Positions 7,502-13,896 of a stretch of 24,000 nucleotides of DNA are shown here, in pieces. Both the position numbers and the translations under genes were made by a program. Each line of letters opens with the position of its first letter. Within the stretch, counting starts at the first letter, position 1. Source of the stretch: an uncultured Methanosarcinaceae archaeon (lineage in GTDB: Archaea; Halobacteriota; Methanosarcinia; Methanosarcinales; Methanosarcinaceae). The notes under the pieces were generated by a model. That model ran no database searches, was not told the origin of the DNA, and saw nothing but the letters and a program-made list of their open reading frames with translations. The stretch is taken from contig CAWJYV010000009.1 of NCBI GenBank assembly GCA_963847185.1, positions 20,647 to 44,646 of the forward strand, read 5' to 3'.

Positions 7502-7897
7502 CTATGTTATATAGTCGAATAATACATTTTCGAGTTTTCTCTCAAATCTTGGACTCATTTTGCGTAGAGGAGTTTTAAGCGGCTCATAGAATCTGCCAAA
7601 TATTTTATAATAATCATTGAAAATAGGTTGAAGTTCCGAACTTATTTTATTATAAGGAGTTTTAAATGGTTCATAGAATCTGCGAGTTGTTCTACAGTTT
7701 TCACTGAAATTAAGTCTATAAACACCTATTTTGCTGATAAATTCGATATTTTCTTCGCGGAAAAATCCAATCTGCCTGTAGCCTACTTTGCCGTCGTCAT
7801 CATTTATAGTGAATTCTTCGTCATATAGTGAATTTTCAATTTCAGATTTATTTTCAAAAAAATTAGGATCAAATGAAGGGCTATCATTATTAAACAA
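7502..7897 (-). CDS. hypothetical protein with an internal RFYEPxKTPxxKxS duplication
   Basis: 131-aa ORF with a TTG start and no family I recognise. It has an acidic N-terminal half and two copies of RFYEP(F/L)KTP(Y/L)(N/R)K(I/M)S. Confidence 0.4.
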   Translation of the reverse strand: MFNNDSPSFDPNFFENKSEIENSLYDEEFTINDDDGKVGYRQIGFFREENIEFISKIGVYRLNFSENCRTTRRFYEPFKTPYNKISSELQPIFNDYYKIFGRFYEPLKTPLRKMSPRFERKLENVLFDYIT

Positions 7898-8200
7898 TAT
7901 TATTAATGGATATTCTAAAGGAATTTTTCCATTCCCGACATCATTTTGAAGATTCTTTAACTGCCCTCTTAATTTTTTTTCTACTGCGTTCTTTATTTTA
8001 TATCCTCTGCTCCCTTTACCTCCTGGAAAACGTATCTGAGCTTCTCAGTTTGGATCCATATGGCTTTCGTAATCATAAAGCAATGTAGCTATTTCAATTA
8101 AGACTTTTTCTACACTACACTTATCTTCGATTAATAAATCCAAATTTGATTTATAATCTTCAACGTAACTTATTACACGTATTAACACCTATCTACTTAT

Positions 8201-8713
8201 ATGATGGGGAAAGAACGCATTCCAATTGATCAAAAATTAGTTCTTGATGAAATCAACGTTTTAATCAAACATGAAACCAATTCAAGAGTGCTTAAAAGGC
8301 TCTATTTTGTAAAATTTAGATTTTTAGGGGATTCAGTAGAAGAAGCCGCTACTAAAGTTGGAGTTACTAAGAAAACAGGATATTACTGGCAAGATGCCTG
8401 GAATAAAGGCGGCTATGCCGCCTTAATACCAAATTTTGGTGGGGGTAGAAAATCCAAGCTTACCGATGATCAAATAAAAGAGTTAAGAATCTTGCTGGAA
8501 AAAAAAGATCATTGGACTACAAGAGAAGCTTTGGAGTTAATAAAGGAAAAATATGGGGTAGAGTATTCACAGAAACAAGTAGGAGTTATACTGCATAGTT
8601 TTAACATGTATCATTCAAAACCATATACTCTTGACTACAGAAGACCTAAAAATGCTGAGGAAATTTTAAAAAAAGTTAATAGAAGCAATTCCAGCATATA
8701 TTGGTCCAGATGA
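8201..8713 (+). CDS. IS630-family transposase, N-terminal HTH part (orfA)
   Basis: 170 aa with HTH-like segments (VEEAATKVGVTKKTGYYWQDAWNKGG; WTTREALELIKEKYGVEYSQKQVGVIL), typical of IS630 N-terminal regions. Confidence 0.8.
   Translation: MMGKERIPIDQKLVLDEINVLIKHETNSRVLKRLYFVKFRFLGDSVEEAATKVGVTKKTGYYWQDAWNKGGYAALIPNFGGGRKSKLTDDQIKELRILLEKKDHWTTREALELIKEKYGVEYSQKQVGVILHSFNMYHSKPYTLDYRRPKNAEEILKKVNRSNSSIYWSR
8668..8675 (+). other. A7G slippery run at the orfA/orfB frame junction
   Basis: The sequence is TTA AAA AAA GTT in the orfA frame. A -1 slip gives ...EEILKKK-LIEAIPAYIGPDD..., a contiguous transposase of about 345 aa. Confidence 0.5.
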
Positions 8714-8732
8714 TCAATATCTTATAGGTTTT

Positions 8733-9239
8733 TTGGATGAATCCTCACCACAAACAAAAGCAAATACGCAACGATTATGGTCATTTAAAAAGCCTTTGAT
8801 AACAAAAAATACAGATTATATAAAAGCAAATGCGTTTGCATTCTATTCGATTAATGGTAGAAATCTCATCGATTTTATGGAAAGTTCAAAAGCAGAAAAT
8901 GTATGTGAATTCCTTGAGAAAATTGTGGAACAGAATTTAGGGAAAAGAATAATTCTTGTTCTGGATAATTCGAGGTCACATCATGCTGATAAAACGGTAA
9001 GGAAAGCAAGAGAATTAAATATAACACTTGTGTTTCTTCCTCCTTATTCACCAGATCTAAATCCTGTAGAATTTGTATGGAAAACGATTAAGAGAGAAGT
9101 ATCTGTTAGATTTATTCAATCAAAAGAACATTTAAAAAAGATTATCAAAAATGAATTTATGAAAGTGGAAAACTCATTATCATTTGCAAAGAAATGGATG
9201 GAAACATTCAATCCACAAATAAAAAGTGTAATTTGTTGA
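8733..9239 (+). CDS. IS630-family transposase, DDE catalytic part (orfB, -1 frame relative to orfA)
   Basis: FLDESSPQ..., ILVLDNSRSHH and PPYSPDLNPVEFVWKTIKRE match the DDE triad context of IS630. This frame is already open from about 8672 (KLIEAIPAYIGPDDQYLIGFLDES). Confidence 0.8.
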   Translation: MDESSPQTKANTQRLWSFKKPLITKNTDYIKANAFAFYSINGRNLIDFMESSKAENVCEFLEKIVEQNLGKRIILVLDNSRSHHADKTVRKARELNITLVFLPPYSPDLNPVEFVWKTIKREVSVRFIQSKEHLKKIIKNEFMKVENSLSFAKKWMETFNPQIKSVIC

Positions 9240-9339
9240 GTCAGGAACTATAGATTGAGATATGGGGTATTCCGGTGTTATTTCAAAATAAGGTGCTAGT
9301 TTAGCGGCTACTTCAATTTCTGCCAGTGTAGGTAAATCT

Positions 9340-9609
9340 TTATCGGGATTTAATAGATTCGTTTAACTTCCTAGTAGGTTTAGGATACTCTATCTGATAA
9401 CACATTATAGTTCTGAATAGACTTTCTAGGTAACATTGATACTGATACTCTGGGATGCAAAATGTATTTGCTATAATGCCTGGATTTTCTTGATTTAACC
9501 GAGCTTTCTTGATTATATTGTCGTAACCAATAGTATTACACAAGCAAGGAGCTCTTTTTAGATTTGACTCTAAATTTTTAATGTTGAATTCAATTTCAGT
9601 AGATGACAT
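9340..9609 (-). CDS. hypothetical protein, possibly the 5' part of a frameshifted gene
   Basis: 89-aa ORF with no recognisable family. A second frame, open 9362-9251, reads TNLLNPDKDLPTLAEIEVAAKLAPYFEITPEYPISQSI and runs into the IS630 end. Confidence 0.35.
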   Translation of the reverse strand: MSSTEIEFNIKNLESNLKRAPCLCNTIGYDNIIKKARLNQENPGIIANTFCIPEYQYQCYLESLFRTIMCYQIEYPKPTRKLNESIKSR

Positions 9610-9707
9610 TTATACAGACGTACCGAACGTCTACGTTTTCATGCTTTAAGGCAAATCTGCTCCAGTGGACTCGACGAGTCGAGAAACAAAAATACTTTTG
9701 CTCAAGT

Positions 9708-9989
9708 TCATCTTGATCCTTTCAAGGCAGAAATCCGTTCTTGAATTGATTTTTGATGTTCTTCTTCACTTAAGGAAGGATCCTTTAAAGAAACCCAGAT
9801 TTCGCAGGGGATTTGCGGGCAATCGCCGCAATTTAGATAACTTTTTTCCTTAACGCATTTATAAACAGGGCAAATATCAGCACCAATATACTGAGTCCAG
9901 TAAACTTTGCCTTCAAGTGCGTCACAACCGGCACAGTCATTATTCAGATGAGGACATCCGTCACAGTTTACTCCACATACACAGATCAT
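9708..9989 (-). CDS. cysteine-rich DUF3795-like protein
   Basis: 93 aa with 11 Cys in the pattern CVCGVNCDGCP...CAGC...CPVYKC...CGDCPQIPC, which I recognise as the DUF3795 layout. Confidence 0.65.
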   Translation of the reverse strand: MICVCGVNCDGCPHLNNDCAGCDALEGKVYWTQYIGADICPVYKCVKEKSYLNCGDCPQIPCEIWVSLKDPSLSEEEHQKSIQERISALKGSR

Positions 9990-10105
9990 CTTATACCTTC
10001 CTTAAACAACTTCAGCAAATATAATCAAATTTTGACGTTTAAGGTGAATAACTGTTTTAGTTATTTAAAGTACTATTTTTGAAACTGATATCAGCCGAAA
10101 AGTGG

Positions 10106-10142
10106 AGAATGACCAAATTTGGTCTTTAACTGTAGTCATTCT
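10106..10142 (-). terminator. hairpin cluster 3' of hgcB
   Basis: AGAATGAC (10106-10113) pairs with GTCATTCT (10135-10142). These arms enclose the perfect 14-nt palindrome GACCAAATTTGGTC (10111-10124). A further palindrome, CTGATATCAG, lies at 10085-10094. Confidence 0.4.
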
Positions 10143-10170
10143 TTAGCTTTCTAATGCAGATATTTTTTCA

Positions 10171-10506
10171 TTACTTTTCACTACAGGACTGTTTCTCTGT
10201 ATTTCCACCGCAGCAAGATCCAGCTTCTCCTCCGCAGCCGCACTCACCACTATCCATATCCTTTCCTCTAAGTGCTGCACCGATCATTGCCCATGCACAG
10301 CCAACCCCACTCTGCACTTCAATTGCCTGAACCGGGCAATTCAAAGCACACGCTCCGCATTCCATACATGCAGACGGCTGTAAAAGTTCAACACGTTCTT
10401 TTCCTTCGGAAAAAACTCCATGTGGACAGACCTGTGTACAGCGCCTGCAGTTGATACATCTGTCAGGATAATACTTGAGTGTGTTCTCAAGATAAGAATT
10501 AAACAT
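10171..10506 (-). CDS. hgcB: HgcB, 2x[4Fe-4S] ferredoxin of the mercury-methylation pair
   Basis: CINCRRCTQVCP and CMECGACALNCP (two CX2CX2CX3CP motifs), conserved GVGC, and a C-terminal vicinal pair in GSCCGG. The ATG abuts the hgcA stop with 0 nt between them. Confidence 0.85.
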   Translation of the reverse strand: MFNSYLENTLKYYPDRCINCRRCTQVCPHGVFSEGKERVELLQPSACMECGACALNCPVQAIEVQSGVGCAWAMIGAALRGKDMDSGECGCGGEAGSCCGGNTEKQSCSEK

Positions 10507-11580
10507 TTAGATCCACCTCATTAATACGATTATTCCAAGCAGAATTGAGAGTATAATTCCAGAACCTGCCATAAGTGCCATAACAGGTGTGTATCTGAAA
10601 ATTTCTTTTTTAACGCCAGTCCTTGAAGTAAAAGTCGTACATCCAGTGAAGTTAAGGGCCAGGTATGCTGTCAAAGCTGGCATAATAAGAAGAAATGCAA
10701 GTGACATTGAGGCATTTTCCCAGAAGGACAATACTAAATTTGTCGTAAAAGAAAAAACTGCGAAAGGAATGGCAACGATCTCTCCAAGAATGAGCCCTTT
10801 TGTACTGAAGTCATGTGTAGGGATAAACGGAAGCAGAGCTGGGAAGAGTACAGTTCCCGCAAGAACTGCTGTGACTGCAGCCAGGGCTGCAAGAGAGCCT
10901 GCAAGGAAATAAAGAATAATGCTGGCAACGATTGTCGGCAATGCTACGTGAACAAATTCCACAGGGGTCAGTACCAGCCGATCTTTTAATGGGAATTGAA
11001 CTCTGCGCATCTCAGGTGTTGCTTTTCGCATTTTGAGGTATTCTGGAAGGTCGCTGGCACGAACAGGGCCATATTCCACCGTAAATCCAGACATTCGTTT
11101 AACTTCGTATGCAGATATTCCCGGAGCTGACAACTGGGGAAGGATGAGAGTGCGATGCTTGACAACACTGGCAAGGCCTGTAGATGCTATACGCCGCACA
11201 AGTTCGTCTGTTCCAAATGTACCCTTACCCGCAGCACACCAGACATTAATTCCCTTTGTGTCCAGAACAAGAATATAACAGTCATTACCCGCAAGTGCGG
11301 AGCGAACAGCGTCAAAGCTTAGCGTATAGTTTGCTGAAACGAAGACCATTGAATCAGGCGTCGGAATCCCAAGCCTGTAAAGACCGGGCTTTACAATATG
11401 CCCCATCCTGTTTACTCCCCAACTGGCAAGGAAATGATCAAGCCGATTGGCAAATGTGATTGTGCTTGTGGTCGTACTGATCTCAGATACCGGTATATTT
11501 TCAGTCAACCGATTTAATGGTTTTATCTCCAATCTCTGTGTGCATGAGCACGATGAATCAGCAGTTTTTTTATTTTCCAT
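10507..11580 (-). CDS. hgcA: HgcA, corrinoid protein of the mercury-methylation pair
   Basis: 357 aa. It carries the diagnostic cap-helix motif LVLDTKGINVWCAAGKGTFGTDELVRR, flanked by VSANYTLSFDAVR and ILPQLSAPGI. The C-terminal ~150 aa form about 4-5 hydrophobic helices. Confidence 0.9.
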   Translation of the reverse strand: MENKKTADSSCSCTQRLEIKPLNRLTENIPVSEISTTTSTITFANRLDHFLASWGVNRMGHIVKPGLYRLGIPTPDSMVFVSANYTLSFDAVRSALAGNDCYILVLDTKGINVWCAAGKGTFGTDELVRRIASTGLASVVKHRTLILPQLSAPGISAYEVKRMSGFTVEYGPVRASDLPEYLKMRKATPEMRRVQFPLKDRLVLTPVEFVHVALPTIVASIILYFLAGSLAALAAVTAVLAGTVLFPALLPFIPTHDFSTKGLILGEIVAIPFAVFSFTTNLVLSFWENASMSLAFLLIMPALTAYLALNFTGCTTFTSRTGVKKEIFRYTPVMALMAGSGIILSILLGIIVLMRWI

Positions 11581-11598
11581 GTGGTCCCAACTCTCTTT

Positions 11599-11901
11599 TT
11601 AATCCTGATTTTGCATCAAGGGGTCTAACACTCCTTTTACCATTCCGCTAAGAGCCTCGACCTTTATGAGAGCGAGGCAGCAAATACTACCGTCCTTTTC
11701 CCAGCTGATCAAAGCAAGTTTATTCCCGGTATTAATGCCAGCTTTCTCCCTTACGTCTTTTGGAAGTACCATCTGCCCTCTCTCATCCACACTGAGAACT
11801 GCCTCAACCTTACATCCTGAACCCTGATTACATCCACATGACAATCCATTAGAATTACAACATTCATCAATTATTTTCTTATTAGCCATTAGAATCCTCA
11901 T
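11599..11901 (-). CDS. cysteine-rich SpoVT/AbrB-domain protein, first gene of the hgcAB operon
   Basis: VDERGQMVLPKDVREKAGINTGNKLALI is an AbrB/SpoVT signature. The N-terminus is ECCNSNGLSCGCNQGSGC and there is an internal ICC. The stop lies 18 nt before the hgcA ATG. An alternative start at ATG 11889 is preceded by GAGGA. Confidence 0.75.
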   Translation of the reverse strand: MRILMANKKIIDECCNSNGLSCGCNQGSGCKVEAVLSVDERGQMVLPKDVREKAGINTGNKLALISWEKDGSICCLALIKVEALSGMVKGVLDPLMQNQD

Positions 11902-11921
11902 AACAATAAGGTTTTTCCGCT

Positions 11922-11959
11922 AATTTATACTTTTCTGATTAATAAGAAAAATCAGAAAA
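11922..11959 (-). promoter_or_regulatory. TATA box abutted by a 10-bp perfect inverted repeat (candidate operator of the AbrB-like/hgcAB operon)
   Basis: On the minus strand, TTTTCTGATT-N9-AATCAGAAAA (arms at 11931-11940 and 11950-11959) is followed after 1 nt by TATAAATT (11922-11929). The TATA box lies 20 nt upstream of ATG 11901. Confidence 0.5.
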
Positions 11960-12022
11960 ATTATCAGAGTAATCTTTTAATTAGCCAGATAAGAAATGGA
12001 AATTCAATAAAATAGCAGGGAA

Positions 12023-12090
12023 TTTTTGCCGCAAAATTAAGAAAAACAGAATTTCAATGTCAATTTTTGCTGAAGTCTAAGCTTATAAAT
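12023..12090 (+). promoter_or_regulatory. nifH-like promoter: palindromic motif, 24 nt, second motif, 8 nt, TATA
   Basis: TTTTTGCCGCAAAATT (12023-12038), 24 nt, ATTTTTGCTGAA (12063-12074), 8 nt, TTATAAAT (12083-12090). ATG follows at 12123. Confidence 0.55.
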
Positions 12091-12122
12091 TGTATCTGTT
12101 TGTTTCTCCGTATGGTGATGAA

Positions 12123-13031
12123 ATGGCAAAAGCACGAAACATCGCAATCTACGGAAAAGGAGGTATCGGAAAATCGACTACCTCATCAAATCTTTCAGCA
12201 GCTCTTTCGGATCTTGGACTTACAGTAATGCAGATTGGCTGTGATCCTAAGAGCGACTCTACAAATAACCTGAGGGGAGGAAAATCGATTCCTTCAGTTC
12301 TTGATGCTTTAAGGAGTGGGAAAAGAATTGAAACCAGCGACATTGTCTATGAGGGCTTCAATGGGATCCTCTGTGTGGAAGCGGGAGGACCGGAGCCAGG
12401 AGTGGGATGCGCTGGCAGAGGTATTATTACTGCAATTGAACTCCTTAGGCAAAAAAATGTCTTTGAGGAGTTCAAACCTGATGTTGTAATCTATGATGTC
12501 CTCGGAGATGTCGTCTGTGGAGGGTTTTCAATCCCTATCCGTGAAGGTGTTGCAGAACAGGTCTACACTGTCGCATCCTCGGATTTCATGGCAATATATG
12601 CAGCTAACAATCTCTTTAAGGGAATAAGGAAATATGCAAACAACGGCGGTGCGCTGTTCAGTGGCATAATTGCAAATTCAATGAACCAGCAGATTCAAAA
12701 AGAGATAATAAATGATTTTGCAAATCAGACAAAGACAACGATTGCAGGATATGTACCCCGTTCGCTTGACGTTACGAGAAGTGAACTCAGAGGGCAAACT
12801 GTGGTCGAACATGCACCTGACTCTGAGCAGGCTGAACTGTACAGAGAACTTGCAAGGGGCATTTTGCACAATGATAAGAAATACGTTCCTGCTCCGCTGG
12901 AGTCCGAAGAACTCAAAGTATGGGCTGAAAGCTGGTCAGATATACTCCTCAGGGAGCGTGAACAGGTACATACAGGAGAAGTGAAAAGAAGCAATGTGGA
13001 AGGAAGAACGCTGGTAAGCTCGGAAGCATGA
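12123..13031 (+). CDS. NifH-family Fe-protein homolog (nitrogenase-like reductase ATPase)
   Basis: [14 protein letters not shown] (P-loop), CDPKSDST, and the cluster ligands in GVGCAGRG and [11 protein letters not shown] 12123 with GGTGA upstream is preferred over the track's TTG 12090. The protein is 302 aa with an extended C-terminus. Confidence 0.9.
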   Translation: MAKARNIAIYGKGGIGKSTTSSNLSAALSDLGLTVMQIGCDPKSDSTNNLRGGKSIPSVLDALRSGKRIETSDIVYEGFNGILCVEAGGPEPGVGCAGRGIITAIELLRQKNVFEEFKPDVVIYDVLGDVVCGGFSIPIREGVAEQVYTVASSDFMAIYAANNLFKGIRKYANNGGALFSGIIANSMNQQIQKEIINDFANQTKTTIAGYVPRSLDVTRSELRGQTVVEHAPDSEQAELYRELARGILHNDKKYVPAPLESEELKVWAESWSDILLREREQVHTGEVKRSNVEGRTLVSSEA

Positions 13032-13035
13032 AACA

Positions 13036-13101
13036 CTTAAGTTTCGTCCTTTAAACTTCTGTTGTAAACTATTCCTGCAACAGAAGTTTTCGAACTTAAA
13101 G
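13036..13101 (+). terminator. long compound hairpin directly 3' of the nifH-like stop
   Basis: AAACTTCTGTTG (13053-13064) pairs perfectly with CAACAGAAGTTT (13078-13089), giving a 12-bp stem and 13-nt loop. It is extended imperfectly by CTTAAGTTTCG (13036-13046) and CGAACTTAAAG (13091-13101). A T5 tract follows. Confidence 0.45.
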
Positions 13102-13210
13102 GTAATTCTATGAACTATACTTTTTATCTGTGCATAGAGGCATTTCATCCACTTCTTTGAAGCTAATAATTTTTTATTCCAAATAATTTTTATTGGAATT
13201 TCTTTTTAGA

Positions 13211-13350
13211 ATATGAGCTCATCCCAAAACTTAGAATTGCTCCTCCTAAGTTCGAATTATGTATAATCAACAGAGTTCCAGATCCTGATAAGAAGTCCTG
13301 AAACCTTTATTGACACGAGGACAAAATTGATTTTGGAATGAGCTCTATAT
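13211..13350. repeat. MITE-like element bounded by ~19-nt imperfect terminal inverted repeats
   Basis: TATGAGCTCATCCCAAAAC (left, from 13212) versus the reverse complement of the right end, TATAGAGCTCATTCCAAAAT (core 13331-13345). The 15-nt cores differ at one position. The element is about 135 bp and non-coding. Confidence 0.4.
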
Positions 13351-13530
13351 GTATTCCATAAACTTTGATCTGTTTTGAGGTCAGGTAGTCTACAGATTTA
13401 AATTTTGTATTTTGCTTTCTCCGGATATTCTGAGAAATTAAACTCTAATAATGCCTAAGCTTGAAAAAGGGCATCATTTTTATCCTTATAGCTGGACACA
13501 ATATTTTTATAACTTGAGAATATTGTATCT

Positions 13531-13571
13531 TCACAATTGTGATTGAAGATATTGATTGTTCACAATTGTGA
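13531..13571 (+). promoter_or_regulatory. two copies of the 12-bp palindrome TCACAATTGTGA upstream of ORF 13609
   Basis: Exact copies at 13531-13542 and 13560-13571, 29 nt centre to centre, lying 38-78 nt upstream of the ATG. Confidence 0.5.
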
Positions 13572-13608
13572 ATAATGATGTTATTAAATCATACTCTGCG
13601 GTAAAATA

Positions 13609-13896
13609 ATGGAATTAAGTGACCGAAATCTGAAGCAAAACAAGAGTTACCGAATTATGATTGATTCGGAGGGAGCGGGACATATTAGAATAATCAGACG
13701 TATCAACCTGAAGACTCTAATAGAAATTTTTAGGGAACTTTATCTTGAGCTTAAAAAAAATCCTGACAAAAGGCCCCATATAACAATATACGTTTCCCAT
13801 TCGATCTATGAGGAGATGTCGGATAATATGAAACACTTCCATGAATTTGCAGTCTCATGTATGGATGGGACATTTGATCTTACAATTATTAGCTAA
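13609..13896 (+). CDS. hypothetical protein (95 aa)
   Basis: ORF from the track with no family I recognise. It is preceded by the paired palindromes. Confidence 0.45.
   Translation: MELSDRNLKQNKSYRIMIDSEGAGHIRIIRRINLKTLIEIFRELYLELKKNPDKRPHITIYVSHSIYEEMSDNMKHFHEFAVSCMDGTFDLTIIS

Larger units (their letters stand above)
8156..9248 (+). mobile_element. IS630/Tc1-mariner-family insertion sequence (ends tentative)
   Basis: Two-part transposase inside. TA dinucleotides flank both ends (8154-8155 and 9249-9250), the family's usual target duplication. The 23-nt termini are imperfectly inverted (13/23), with ATTACAC at offset 17-23 from each end. The length of 1093 bp fits the family. Confidence 0.65.

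Noticed and set aside
8045-8047. In-frame TGA with protein-like sequence continuing on both sides (possible selenocysteine or read-through)
   Set aside because: It lies in a patch of decayed gene remnants next to an IS. I noticed no SECIS-like structure, and the frame has no credible start. It is more likely debris than recoding.
7906-8088. 60-aa plus-strand ORF MDILKEFF...
   Set aside because: It is a Leu/Phe-rich product of AT-rich DNA with no RBS or motif, and it overlaps minus-strand coding remnants.
12090-12122. TTG start at 12090 for the nifH-like gene, and likewise GTG 1898 for purE
   Set aside because: NifH-family proteins start a few residues before the GKGGIGKS loop, and ATG 12123 has a GGTGA upstream. 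TTG 12090 overlaps the TATA box. GTG 1898 overlaps the chorismate mutase 3' end.
3163-13031. A canonical N2-fixing nif operon, or the CfbCD (F430) system
   Set aside because: H is separated from D/K and is divergent, and no nifI1/I2, nifE/N or nifB is present. CfbD-type systems use a single D-like subunit, whereas two distinct D/K-type genes with P-cluster-type Cys sets are present here. This rests on manual reading only and needs phylogeny to confirm.
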